44,915 nt of DNA from Octopus bimaculoides (GCF_001194135.2 NC_068984.1:45821584-45866498), one strand, 5' to 3'; counted from the stretch's first letter, positions 24,351 to 38,389 are shown. The notes: generated from the sequence alone by a model not told the origin. Numbers and translations are program-made.

Positions 24351-25280
24351 NNNNNNNNNNNNNNNNNNNNNNNNNNNNNNNNNNNNNNNNNNNNNNNNNN
24401 NNNNNNNNNNNNNNNNNNNNNNNNNNNNNNNNNNNNNNNNNNNNNNNNNNNNNNNNNNNNNNNNNNNNNNNNNNNNNNNNNNNNNNNNNNNNNNNNNNNN
24501 NNNNNNNNNNNNNNNNNNNNNNNNNNNNNNNNNNNNNNNNNNNNNNNNNNNNNNNNNNNNNNNNNNNNNNNNNNNNNNNNNNNNNNNNNNNNNNNNNNNN
24601 NNNNNNNNNNNNNNNNNNNNNNNNNNNNNNNNNNNNNNNNNNNNNNNNNNNNNNNNNNNNNNNNNNNNNNNNNNNNNNNNNNNNNNNNNNNNNNNNNNNN
24701 NNNNNTGTGTGTGTGTGTGTGTGTGTAAAGAGGTTGAATTAGATCCGTCCTTTAATTTAGAGATTTTGAAAAAAGATTTCTAATATTGATTCTTCATATT
24801 TTGCTGGTATCTTACAGGCGAAATTTGTGAATATGAAAATAAAACTTCTATATGATGTATTGTGAATCTATGGAAAGAAATCACATAAAACTCAACAGTT
24901 TTGTTAAAAATGGAGAAGAGAAGATGTTAAAATATATAAGAGAATTTTAATTCATGCAGTCGATCTTTTCGTACAGGGATATAAAAATCATACAAATTCA
25001 TGTTTGAATAGAATTAATTAAATTAATTAAATTAATTATATATCACTGTACTCTCCAGTGCAAGAAGTATAAGGCAATATTTTTACAATGGACATAAGAG
25101 AGGAAATAGCAGAATAGAATCTAGGAGATTCATATTTATCCTTATGAGAAAAAGAGATGTGAGTCCAGTTACGTATTAACTATAAATGAAGGCTTTAACG
25201 GTTATTTAAAAATATAAGTAAAAAAAGGTTTCAGCGACGTTCCCTCTAATCTCCTTACTCATCTATAGAGGGAACGTACC

Positions 25281-25432
<152 letters not shown>

Positions 25433-25469
25433 CACAAGCACATATAGGCGCAGAAGTGAGCTGGTGGTT

Positions 25470-26346
25470 TATTTCAAGATTTCTTACCAATAAACAGAAA
25501 GCCCGGTTTCTAACCTAGATCCAAGGCTCCTTCATTGGAATTTCAGCATCAACAACAGGATATTTTTTATTTGTATGTATATATGCAGATTTGTAAGTTT
25601 TGCTTTATGTATGTATTCTCATGCATTTAGTTGTATATCTAGACATGCTCATGTATATTTAAATGATAAACTTCTGGAAAGTTTTACAGACATTTACTGT
25701 TCCAATGATGGATTAGATTTGTAGTCTTCGAATTAGCTTTCTCCTTTCTGGTTTTGAGAAGCCCAATTTCTCAAGATTGGTATTTAGGTAGTGTGTTACA
25801 TAACCCAGGGCGCCAATAATTACAAGTATAAACCTGAACTTGTAATCTGGATAGAGTAATTGCAGATTTCTCAATAGTTCAGCGTAGGTATTATCTTTTT
25901 CATTGATCTTCAGCTTTACGTTATAATCCGCTGGACAGCTAATTTCCACAACTGTACACAGGTTCTCTTCTCTATCCCAAATCATTATATCAAGTCTGTT
26001 GTGCTTACATTTTGGTAAACTCTTCACTAGTACATTCCACCAGAACTACTTTTTATTATGAGTGGTTATGGCCTCTACCATACTGTGGGTTCTTATTTCT
26101 TTGTCCTGGAGGGTTATGATTCCGACGGATTTCATTATAGAGTGTCCTAGCTAAAAAACCATGTCAAATCGGTAAATAGTACTGTGATTATATTTTCAGA
26201 CATCTGCTTATCATGTGGGTGATATCATCGGTGTTAACTCCACAAAGTCTGCATCAGTTGTCACACTTTAATGCTTTTCTTGCATCTCTATCGCTTTTGT
26301 GCATCAGCTACTTGACTGATATTTCCTGCTCTTGGATTGCAAACAT
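25470..26346 (-). mobile_element. Decayed, 5'-truncated R4-like RLE non-LTR retrotransposon: CCHC knuckle, RLE domain and 3' UTR
   Basis: Hand translation from 26343 gives FAIQEQEISVK*LMHKSDRDARKALKCDN*CRLCGVNTDDITHMISRCLKI*SQYYLPI*HGFLARTLYNEIRR, then a frameshift, then THNKK*FWWNVLVKSLPKCKHNRLDIMIWD...VEISCPAD...IIGALGYV...LQI*SIIGTVNVCKTFQKFII* (natural stop 25659-25661). It shows the CxxC-H-C knuckle, a degenerate RHD motif and an R(P>L)D..E catalytic region, with several in-frame stops. Confidence 0.88.
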
Positions 26347-26353
26347 ATGTATG

Positions 26354-26384
<31 letters not shown>

Positions 26385-26407
26385 AATATATGCGTAGATA
26401 GACAGAT

Positions 26408-26746
26408 GAAGGCGGATGGTTTAGTGTGGTTAGAGTATTCAGCTGATGATCGCAAACTCGTTAGTTCAACTCCCGGCGGCGAGTTGTGCCCTTGAGCAAG
26501 ATACTTTATTTCACGTTGCTCCAGTCTACTCAGCCCGCAAAAATGAATCGTACATGTAATTAAAAGGACCGGCTTTTTCATATTCTGTGTCACGCTGAAT
26601 CTCCTCGAGAACTACGTTAAAGGATACGCGTGTCTGTCTTAACTAAGTTAAGAGATACACAGCCACTTGCATGTTAATTTCACGAACAGGTTGTTCCGTT
26701 GATCGGATCAATTAGAACCTCGTCCACGCAACCGACGGAATTCCAG
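26408..26746 (+). mobile_element. tRNA-derived SINE family 3, full-length-like (a second partial copy lies at ~26831-26955)
   Basis: The head GAAGGCGGATGGTTTAGTGTGGTTAGAG has an A-box-like motif and GTTCAACTCC is B-box-like. The central domain ttgtgcccttgagcaagatactttatttcacgttgctccagtctactcagc is repeated at 26890-26945. Confidence 0.72.
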
Positions 26747-27609
26747 TTTCCAGATAGATATATGTTAGTTTATAGAAGCACTATACAATGATTTAGGAAA
26801 GTAGAAATGTAAGGTAGTTCTTACAAAGATAGCCTAGTGATTAAGGCTTTGGGTTTCACACTTGTAGGTTCATTTCTTGCATCTGGGGGCGAGTTGTGTT
26901 CCTGAGCAAAACATTTCCTTTCATGTGGCTGAGTCTACTCAGCTGAAAATAAGTGCAGGCTTTTGTCCTTCCAGCTGTCCTAAGGGTGGGAGAACCGAGG
27001 CGTTATCTATGTCGGCTCGCAATTTCGTAGGCATCAAAAACAATTAGCAAACACGTGCCACACGCCATTAACACATACACGCTTGAGAATTAAGACTATG
27101 GTGGAGGCGGGGTTCAATTTACTTACTGTGCAAAGAATACTCTGTGATTAAGCCATAAGACTTTTTCATTCTGTAATTACAAAAATAGGGTAAGATATGT
27201 CTAGTTTTAATGTTGATTAACGTCTTACAAGAAATTGGTTACTTACTTCTCCCAAGTGCTTTTATTAATTAAATCGTTAATTTACGCTGGCAACGCTCGG
27301 CCGATTATGGAGATCAGACCGACTATTTTAATTCTGCCCGAATTTATACATTTAATGGCTTTTTGGATATATTCTGTAGAGTGTAAGTTAGGCAGAATTG
27401 TTGTTTTAATAAAACCAATAAGACTCTGCTCCCACATATATGTACATACATACTGAAAAACCCATGCCGTGTGATCACTATAAGAGGAAGCTTTTAGATA
27501 CCAAAAAGCTAGCTGATAATATGTAATAAATTTTGTAACAGTAGGCTGAATGTGCTAGCGATACACCAGTTTTGATAACAATAACTTCAAAAATATAGTG
27601 ATTTCAAAT

Positions 27610-27800
27610 CATAGCAGAAGGACAGCAATTTTGGTGGAGCAGCTAAGTCGATTATACTGATCTCAGTGCTCAACCGGTGATTATTTTATCGATTATGAAA
27701 GTATAAAAGAAGACAAAAAATCAACTCTGGAGGAATTTGAACTCAGAACGCAAAGTCGAAAGATATGTCCGGTGCGGCAACGATTCTATCAGCTCTCCGA
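27610..27800 (-). mobile_element. Diverged SINE family 2 copy
   Basis: Contains taagtcgattat, ttattttatcga, ggaatttgaactcagaacg and caacgattctatcagctc, colinear with the family. Confidence 0.65.
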
Positions 27801-27915
27801 TGTATAGCTTCAAAATATTATCCATAGTAATATTAAATGTATCAGCATATATGCATTCCGATACATACATACGTACGTACCTACATGCATACATACATAC
27901 ACGCGCGCGAACACG

Positions 27916-27946
<31 letters not shown>

Positions 27947-28081
27947 GCAAACACACACACACACACACACAAACACATTTAACGTTTGTTTGTTTCAGTC
28001 ATCGGAATAAGGCCAATCGATTTCACTCTTTATATTTGTCTCTTTCTCTCCTGTATGTATTCAATATGTATAATATAATCC

Positions 28082-28162
<81 letters not shown>

Positions 28163-28538
28163 CCTATCAAACAACAAGCATTTAGGTGTGTGAACAAGTT
28201 GTTTTAGAAAGCCGACATGTTTTATTTTAAATACTGCAACCATTTCGTCTGTAGTGCCATTATATGTTTTGATAGGTTTCTACGAATTGTTTGATTCCTT
28301 TCTCAAGCGAACAGTGCGCTGAAGTGTGTTTGACTTTCATTTCCTGTCCATTGTTAATTTAATCTTATATATTATATATTTGTGCGTGCGAATGTATGTG
28401 AGTATGCGTATGTATGTACGTATGCCCACATACAGACATACAAACATATACACATACATATATACATATATATATATGTGTGTGTGTGTGGGTGTACAGA
28501 TGTGTATGCATGTATATACATATATGCATACATATACG

Positions 28539-28580
<42 letters not shown>

Positions 28581-30189
28581 NNNNNNNNNNNNNNNNNNNN
28601 NNNNNNNNNNNNNNNNNNNNNNNNNNNNNNNNNNNNNNNNNNNNNNNNNNNNNNNNNNNNNNNNNNNNNNNNNNNNNNNNNNNNNNNNNNNNNNNNNNNN
28701 NNNNNNNNNNNNNNNNNNNNNNNNNNNNNNNNNNNNNNNNNNNNNNNNNNNNNNNNNNNNNNNNNNNNNNNNNNNNNNNNNNNNNNNNNNNNNNNNNNNN
28801 NNNNNNNNNNNNNNNNNNNNNNNNNNNNNNNNNNNNNNNNNNNNNNNNNNNNNNNNNNNNNNNNNNNNNNNNNNNNNNNNNNNNNNNNNNNNNNNNNNNN
28901 NNNNNNNNNNNNNNNNNNNNNNNNNNNNNNNNNNNNNNNNNNNNNNNNNNNNNNNNNNNNNNNNNNNNNNNNNNNNNNNNNNNNNNNNNNNNNNNNNNNN
29001 NNNNNNNNNNNNNNNNNNNNNNNNNNNNNNNNNNNNNNATATATATATATGTATGTATATATATATATATATATACAGACACATACATGTACACATTTAT
29101 AATATATATTTTGTATAATTTTTGTCGTTTGTTTTCTGAATTATCGACTGATTTTCATTTAATTTTCTGGATGTCCCTTCTTTCTTTTGTGTCTACAACA
29201 CTTTGTACTGGCTAATTTATTATCATTTGCGTGAAGAGAATATATACATGATACACAATTTCCGAATTACATTGCTGGACATCTGTGTAAGCTCATTGCT
29301 AATTTCATTTGTGTATTTGTACATGATGTCGGCAATAGCTTTATTGGCAAGAGCTCATTTCAATTGGTTTATTTTCTTCCTATTTACGTAATTTGTATTT
29401 CTTTTTGGGTTGCTTTTGTAATATTTTAAGGAGGACACCTGCGCTGGAGTGGTGCCGTTTCCTCCTGTAAAAAGTTGAGTTATTTCTCTTGGAAGAACCC
29501 TTCAAATAGGTTGACTATTTTGGAAGCTGCTAATGACGCCATGCTCTTTCGTATATACATTCTCAAACACACACACATGTATATGTGTGTATATATGTAT
29601 ATATATATATATATTATATNNNNNNNNNNNNNNNNNNNNNNNNNNNNNNNNNNNNNNNNNNNNNNNNNNNNNNNNNNNNNNNNNNNNNNNNNNNNNNNNN
29701 NNNNNNGTGTGTGTGCGCGTGCGTGTGCACGTCTATATATATATATATACAAACATGCACACATCTCTTTATCTATTTATATATATATGTATATTATTCA
29801 TCATTTATATTCTTGCTTATTCTATCGGATCATGTGACCACGCAAATGCCTTTTCTTTTGTTTACCTCCTGTAAGTGGAGGCCTCTTTATGGACTCTATA
29901 TATTTTTATCAATTATAAGTACTTGAAAACTAAGCTAAAATCCATATGAAATCTAATGAAATGCGTTTAAAACTATACATCTCTCAAATCATCTTTATAT
30001 AGCAGTACAGGTAATGACTGTGTTTCAGTGATGACGTATAATACTTACAAAACATAACTAAAATTTCCACTGTTTGACCAGATCAGATTCAGTCTCTACT
30101 GAATTACCAGCATCCCATATTAGATAAATTTTAACCAGTATAAGTGAATGGTTTATTTTCCCTGCTCATTTTGACTAAATATGACTAAA

Positions 30190-30295
30190 GTTGCGGTATT
30201 TCTTCCGATTCCCAGGGCCCTTCGTTCAATTCCTGCTGATATCAACTTTGCGTTTCATCATTTGAGGTCGCTGGAAAAGTATCAGCCCAGGACGG
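30190..30295 (+). mobile_element. Diverged partial SINE family 2 copy
   Basis: Contains gcggtatttc, gttcaattcctgctgatatcaactttgcgtttcatcatttgaggtcg and aagtatcag. Confidence 0.5.
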
Positions 30296-31886
30296 TAGTT
30301 CGGGGAATTGTTATAGCATTCTGAGGTCGATTCTCGCTCTGTCACTGAAAACTTGTCTTACTTCAGCCAGAATTTGCAACTGATTGACAGCATTAACAAT
30401 TTGAAAATCAAATGGAAACCTTGCTTCCTCGGTTCGATCGGAATATCAAGTGCCACCACCATATTTCCATAGATAGAATTAGTTACTAACAATCAAATAC
30501 TTTTTCTTTCTTTTCACATTGAAGTAATGACAAATTGCTGTCTTCAATTCTAATGTTGACATATGACCGCTGAATAACAATCTTTCTATTGGTGCTGCTT
30601 TGTAAGATATCAGAGCTGTGTTAATAAATAAATAGATTATGGAAATTGTTTCCACTCCTCCAATGTTTTAAGTGTGATTACATTGCTACACGTGTTTAGG
30701 CTTTTGATAATTTACTCAAGATTTGCCAAACCCTTTCGATGGCGCTAACAAAGTCTCTATTTAGTGTACGTGATTGTATTTGCATGCGTCTTACTTTCAT
30801 TTTTTTCTCTGATAGTTGTTTTCAACAAACTTCATCTCATCTTACACACAACTATCAGACTCTTTTCCCACCATCTATCTTTCTCTATCTCTCTCGCTCT
30901 CTTGCTATAATATTAAGGCGACAATGTCTTACGAAATACTAATTGATATTTGCTGAGCATATAAGTCCATAGAAAATAAAAGACGGAGTATGAAAGAAGT
31001 CTTTATCTTTCGTAAATGAAAATAAAGGAGAAAAGGGAACGAGATAAAGAGAAAGATAGATCGTTTGAAGTGTGGAGAATGATAGCGAGATAGGTAGGTT
31101 GAGAGAGAATGGCAAATCGCTAGATAAATGAAGAGAGTGAACGAGAAGGTTTACTCTGCTTTGTATTCTTATATGTCTCAGACAGAAACACGATCAACAT
31201 AAATAAGCACTTGAGTAGGAAGAAGACAACAAAAATCAAGTTATCTTAATCAGATTTATGAAGATTTATGAAGCTATGGCCTGAATCTAAAAAGAACTTG
31301 TTGTATCTTATTTGTTATCTATTATCTAAGAGGTGCTGAACCCAAGAATTCTTTTCCTTGGAATTTTATAGCGATGAGATCGAAAAATTCTTTCCTGGCA
31401 AATGCGTAATTATAGTTGGATACTAAGTTAAATGCTTGGCCGATTAAATAATTAACGAGCAGATTATTAAACTAAAGTTTTAAAGAATTAGGCTTTCACA
31501 AGTTTTCGGGCATACTAACAGAGTAATTTAAGGAATCTAATTTACTCTGTCATCATCTTGGGACCCTTGTTGTAGCTATCTCACGCTAAACCACCAGTCC
31601 TTAGTAACAAGAAAAGTATAAATTACCCGTGGTAATGGCTGAAAGATCATTAATACCCAAATGTTTCGATTTTATTTCAATGCTTTTAGATTGTGCATAG
31701 CCGAATGAATAGGGTACGATGCAAAGAGCCCAAAACTTTCATGGTTCGCTTGCTATTTCTAGCACAGCATTGTGGTCAGTGCCAAAGTTTTAAACTTTCA
31801 ATAGCGGATTCAAGCTAAATAGGTACCAAGAGTTGTTTTTCCTCCAAATTAGCACTGGTTCAGCTGATCTATGTATGTACATATGT

Positions 31887-31926
<40 letters not shown>

Positions 31927-33784
31927 TTACTTAACCGTACAACCAACTGTACATATGTGTTTCTATATGTATGTGTTTTGCAGTTGTGTTTATGCGTGTA
32001 AGCAATGAATATACGAGTAGGTGTAAATTCACATATGTAACTTTATATATTAGTGAATATGCATTGTTGCTACGAGAATCGATGTTTCAATTTCGTATTT
32101 CATCTAATCAGTAAATCTGCGTTCAGTCATGCGTAAAAAGGCATATTTGTCTATTTCGTAATATATTAGTTTATATGTATAATATGTGTCCACGTAGGTT
32201 GATGTTAATAGTGTATGTACATATACATATGCATGTATATATATATATATATNNNNNNNNNNNNNNNNNNNNNNNNNNNNNNNNNNNNNNNNNNNNNNNN
32301 NNNNNNNNNNNNNNNNNNNNNNNNNNNNNNNNNNNNNNNNNNNNNNNNNNNNNNNNNNNNNNNNNNNNNNNNNNNNNNNNNNNNNNNNNNNNNNNNNNNN
32401 NNNNNNNNNNNNNNNNNNNNNNNNNNNNNNNNNNNNNNNNNNNNNNNNNNNNNNNNNNNNNNNNNNNNNNNNNNNNNNNNNNNNNNNNNNNNNNNNNNNN
32501 NNNNNNNNNNNNNNNNNNNNNNNNNNNNNNNNNNNNNNNNNNNNNNNNNNNNNNNNNNNNNNNNNNNNNNNNNNNNNNNNNNNNNNNNNNNNNNNNNNNN
32601 NNNNNNNNNNNNNNNNNNNNNNNNNNNNNNNNNNNNNNNNNNNNNNNNNNNNNNNNNNNNNNNNNNNNNNNNNNNNNNNNNNNNNNNNNNNNNNNNNNNN
32701 NNNNNNNNNNNNNNNNNNNNNNNNNNNNNNNAATGTAATAACAAGCAAGGTACAGAAGTTGATTTACACAATATTAAATATAAATTTGATATTTGAGGTG
32801 GTGAAAGCATTGAGTTTTAACGCCATCCTGTCAACACTTCAAATGTAAAATTATTCTCCAATGTAAAATTCTCCCCTGAAGACGGAGGCCGTGTTATCCG
32901 ATAATTGATCCAAGTAACTATCATTAATCCGGACCACCAAGCCCCAAAAATCAGCCGTTGGACTCGTGAAAATCTACGGAATTAACTCCTGATATCATTT
33001 ATATTCTGTTAGTCGGACTATTTTATATCCATACACTTGTACATTTTTTTAATATTAAATGTATTTAATATTCTGTATAAATCGACTTGCTTAACTTGCT
33101 CCTCATTACATTTACTCATCTACCGGCTCAAGTTCATATCTCTTGAGCACTTCGAAGTGTATTCTATATAGAAAACACCTGTCTATAACCTTTAAACTAC
33201 ACACACACACTCACACACACACACGCACGCACGCACAAACATTTTAAAGAGATATATATGCACACATATCACATATGTGTATTGTGTATATTTATATGTA
33301 TACATATACATGCATATATTTATACGCCAAACGCACAAACGCGAACGCATACACCCCCACCACACAAACAGACACACGCACGCATACGTACTCACACACA
33401 CACAACGCACACTCATATACACACACACACGTATGTACATATATCTATAAACCCAATTTCCTCTAAATGAAACGCCTCTTCTAGTGTGAAGTGGAATAGT
33501 AAATTTTGTTATTAATTGTAGTCTTTCAATCTATTAAAATTCAGACAAGATGGAGACTACAGAAATGTACGTATAAAAATTAAGTAAAGAATATCATGAA
33601 TAAAAATTCGAAAATAAAGTCAACATAATCAACATGATATCACCACCAACCAAATAGCAGCAGGAAAACTGATCTCTTCAATATTCTCTATTAGACACCA
33701 GAGAATTTCGGGTGAAGATCGGGGTTGAACTGTAACGTAATATATACACCAGTATTGGTAGGTTATCAAATATATCAGTATCTG

Positions 33785-33840
<56 letters not shown>

Positions 33841-33841
33841 G

Positions 33842-33887
<46 letters not shown>

Positions 33888-33959
33888 TTATCTATCGATC
33901 TATCTATCTATGAAGAGTAAAATGTTTACTTGCGACTCTGCTGTTGGGACATACTTGTC

Positions 33960-34020
<61 letters not shown>

Positions 34021-34110
34021 TACGTATGTATGTATATATGTATGTTTCTATCTTTGTACTTACCTATGTATATATGCATGCGTGTGTGTATCTAAACGTG
34101 CATATATATA
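33785..34110 (+). repeat. (TCTA)n then (TATG)n arrays running into an N gap
   Basis: Directly visible. Confidence 0.95.
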
Positions 34111-35775
34111 NNNNNNNNNNNNNNNNNNNNNNNNNNNNNNNNNNNNNNNNNNNNNNNNNNNNNNNNNNNNNNNNNNNNNNNNNNNNNNNNNNNNNNNNNN
34201 NNNNNNNNNNNNNNNNNNNNNNNNNNNNNNNNNNNNNNNNNNNNNNNNNNNNNNNNNNNNNNNNNNNNNNNNNNNNNNNNNNNNNNNNNNNNNNNNNNNN
34301 NNNNNNNNNNNNNNNNNNNNNNNNNNNNNNNNNNNNNNNNNNNNNNNNNNNNNNNNNNNNNNNNNNNNNNNNNNNNNNNNNNNNNNNNNNNNNNNNNNNN
34401 NNNNNNNNNNNNNNNNNNNNNNNNNNNNNNNNNNNNNNNNNNNNNNNNNNNNNNNNNNNNNNNNNNNNNNNNNNNNNNNNNNNNNNNNNNNNNNNNNNNN
34501 NNNNNNNNNNNNNNNNNNNNNNNNNNNNNNNNNNNNNNNNNNNNNNNNNNNNNNNNNNNNNNNNNNNNNNNNNNNNNNNNNNNNNNNNNNNNNNNNNNNN
34601 NNNNGCACACACACACAAACACACACACACACACACACACACGCATACACACTCACACACACGCATATATATATATATATCTATATATCTATGTTTATGC
34701 GTGTGAATGTATGTGTCTTTGTATGCATGTATATAGATTGAGAGAAATATAGACATACACACACGCATGCGCGTATATTTACATAGAGAGGGTGAGAGAG
34801 ATAGAAGAAAGAAAAAAGAAGGGCGAGAGACCAAAGAAGATAGTGAGTCAGTAATGATAAAGATATATAGTTAGATACTCTGCAATACAGTGCAAAACTA
34901 AGTAAAATACACTAAAGTCAAAATATAGAAGCACAACAGGAAAAGAAAAAAACTTCTTACACTATCGATTATAAACCTTTGTATAGAATTACAGCACGCT
35001 TGTACTGTATATCTGACCACGAATATAACATGTCGCCATTCGAGATCTCATCTGTATGAATTTTATCATAACTCAACACATGAACCTCAGTTTTATCGTT
35101 TCATTGAAGATCGTTTGAACTATGCCTACTCCAGTCTGTCAAGTTGGAAACGTGTCAAGTGTTGTTGGAGACATTCAACCTCACTAGTAGCGAAATTGGA
35201 CTTATTGTTTATGAGTTTCAAACATCTACATTTCGGATCCAACCAACGGGAAGTAAGAAATGTAATTTGAAACATAATATTTAGAAGCTGTTTTGGTTGT
35301 TTTTGTGGTTGTTGTTTTGTCCCAGGTCAGAGCTTATCAAGCAGGCCTATAATCGTATGTTTTCCAACAGGGAACAACATTCAGCAATGCAACGTATTGT
35401 TGTTTTAGATAATAAAGTATTATTTAGGGAAATTTGGCTGCTATTTCTTGCTGCTTATGTGATCGTTTAATGACCCCCGTGTTTAACGACTTCTAGAGAC
35501 TGGCTGCATCATCTTTTAGATAACTCACAGCAATCAAAAAAACTAACAATCTAAATTATAATTTGAAGTAACTGCGTTATTTAAGAGAACTTAGGTGCAA
35601 AATACTGTTCTTTTTTAGGCTAAAATCAATAAACAGATGCAATACGAAATATCCTGCTAATGTGGGAGATTTGATAAATTACTTTCATGAGATCCCTCAA
35701 AACTAGTATTTTGAGAGAGATCTCTAATTCTTTAAAAATAAACAGCCGGTATTTTAACGAAAAACTAAGCGCGTA

Positions 35776-35992
35776 CGAGGGGATGATGAAAAGTTCCTGG
35801 CCTTAAAAGTATCGCGAAATGCCTGGTTTGATGTCCAACCTTCCGAGTTCTTTTACAGGGCTTAGAAAAAATGAAAGACCGCTGTAATAAGTGTGTGAAT
35901 CTGAGAGGGGAATATATTAAATAAAATCACAATTAGCTGATCCTTCTGTATTTTCCTTTACTCATAGCCAGGAACTTTTCTGCACCTCCTCG
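35776..35992 (+). mobile_element. Internally deleted non-autonomous mariner element (217 bp)
   Basis: 26-bp TIRs CGAGGGGATGATGAAAAGTTCCTGGC and GCCAGGAACTTTTCTGCACCTCCTCG (22/26 identical), flanked by TA at 35774-75 and 35993-94. The interior 35821-35924 reads AWFDVQPSEFF/LQGLEKMKDRCNKCVNLRGEYIK* across a 1-nt frameshift, which matches the mariner transposase C-terminal motif WF..QP..FY..G..KL..RW.KC....G.Y. Confidence 0.88.
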
Positions 35993-37634
35993 TATATTAA
36001 TTAAATTCTAGCCTGTTGAGCTTTCTCACAAATCATTGTTTTACCTGTATATTTCTATACCAGAAGAAACATTTTTCGGGGACCAAATCAGGTCGAAACA
36101 TTTTATTATCTGGCATCCACTTACGTGAATTCTTGTGTTTTTAACACATAAAACTCATTGAGAAGATTCTCTGAGACAAAACATTACAGTTGGTGCAGTT
36201 GTGTGTTTGCATACACACTTATGCAAATCTGTATACAAAAAAAAAATGAATAATAAAAGAAATGAGTTGGAAACAACGAAAAAAGAACAATAAAAGAAAT
36301 GGGCTGGAAACAACGAAAAACGAACAATAAAAGAAAACTAAGTATCAAATCTTTATGGAGTTATTTTAGATGTCTTCCAGTTACTGTAACTGATGATAAC
36401 CCATAATCTTCTTTTTTTTTAAACTCCAGCAAATGGCAATTTTTATACATAAAATTCATAAAGAAGTATTTTGGGAGGTTAAGATGTTCATCAATTTTCA
36501 TGGATATTACTAACAAAACTAGGGAGATTTGGAACCGGAAGAAATAACTGTTGATAAGAAATACAGAATGAACTGGGGTTTTATCTGCACAAATTGGAAT
36601 TCGAAATAAAACACCCAGAAGTGCACATTATTATTATTTAGCACTAGGCCTCATCTGATCGAGCCGATCTATGCTCGGAAGTATTCCGGCCGTGACCATT
36701 CCTTACATTTTTCACGCGTTGTACATCTTGAATTATATTATCTAATGCAACGTTTCTTTAAACCAAAACGTAATTCATCTGAACTTTGGCTACTGTTTCT
36801 GTCTGATTGAACAACCACTGTTCTGTGAAGCCGGGAGTAATTTTGCAAGGTTAGAGCTTGAAATATAAGTCTCTGAATAAGGCAATAAAAATAAATTAAC
36901 AAATTTCTTGCCAATGTTTCATACGGTCCATTGAAAATTCATCTAAAAATTAGTTACATACCATGGTTTCTAATGGACTGAATAGCTTCGATTGAGTCTA
37001 TCCTGATATGTTATTTGGCGGTTTGTTCTCGAATACAGAATGATGAGTTTTCAAATTCGTATTTGGAGTAATGAAAACAGAAAAATGAGAAATTTGGACA
37101 GCTATTCTAATGCGGAGATTTGGATAACCATTCTAAGATAGTGACCAGTTCATAAGTAATCGAGCTTCTATTTCGACAATCAAATGCTCCGTGCGTCCAC
37201 GTTTATATAGTGTAAAAGAATTATAGTGAACAAAAGATTACAGTAATTATAGGAAATAAGCTAATGTAATATTGTACATCGTGTGTGTGTATTTAGATGA
37301 TAATTTTGACTCAGTGTTAATGTTCGTGCTTAATGTTTGAAAAAGAAAAACTTAGTGCTTTTTAGCTTTCAGAAATGTAATAACAATGTTGTTAAAATTC
37401 ATTAAAAAGATATACATTCAATCTTTCATACATAACCTACCTATTTTACAGCAATATTAAAAAGTAAAAAGACATTCACAGTCCACATTAAGAGGAATAT
37501 AAGAAGGACAGTTGTAAATTTATAACAATAAAGAAAATTTGTGAACACGGATCAATATTAAAAATTGAACGTAAAGAACATGAAATAAAATATATGACAT
37601 TTGTTTATGGTAAGCGGTGACAACAACTAATATC

Positions 37635-37830
37635 TATTTCTTTACGGCCCACAGGGGGCTAAACTTAGATTGGATAAACAATGAGATTAAGTCGATAACA
37701 TCGACTCCAGTGCGTAACTGACACTTTTTTAATCGACCTCGGCGGAATTTGAACTCAGAACGTAACGGCAGACGAAATACCGCTAGCATTTTACCCTGTG
37801 TGCTAACGATTCTGCCAGCTCACCGCCCTC
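37635..37830 (-). mobile_element. SINE family 2 copy with an internal deletion and a TSD
   Basis: The head, B box and tail match the 22756-22990 unit, and the central segment between two TCGACC motifs is missing. The direct repeat AACTAATATC occurs at 37625-37634 and 37840-37849. Confidence 0.82.
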
Positions 37831-38389
37831 GATGGCAATAACTAATATCACAATAATATCCAAAACTAGCAATTCATTTAACTCAGTATATAAGAACTAA
37901 GCGTTTGAAACCAAAGCTAGAGACCACTGAATACATTGGAAGTGAAGCTAGACATCATTGAATAAATTGCAAGAGTATCACGAAAGATGCTTTACGCTTA
38001 AGCAAACGAAAAGCAAACAAGATTCTTTTGAACATCAAGAACAAAAATAATAATAACAACAATAATAATGATAACGATTTCTTAGAGGCATCAGATGGGG
38101 CAGGGGTGATATTAAAAGGGTAGTCTATTATTTATGTGTGGGGGTTACATAAAAGATATGACAAAGAAAAGAGTGAAGAAGGAAATGAGGTAAAAACAAG
38201 TATACATAATACGCAAAATTGAGCCAATCAAAAACCCCAACAGATCCAGGACCATCCTGGCTACCAAGAACACAAGCCCTCACCCAAATGTTGTTCTCCA
38301 TTCTATTGGCGCATGTTTAGAGTTGATAATAATTCTGCTTCTTTGTCGCCTTAATAATTCTTTATGGTTTAGGCAACAAGGACTGTAAT

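Noticed and set aside
26288-26593. 101-aa minus-strand ORF
   Set aside because: It is an antisense reading of SINE family 3 plus microsatellite.
36251-36335. Short tandem duplications that look like repeat-spacer units (also ~4741-4768 and ~40803-40846)
   Set aside because: These are two or three adjacent copies with no unique spacers in a eukaryotic context, so they are slippage products and not CRISPR.
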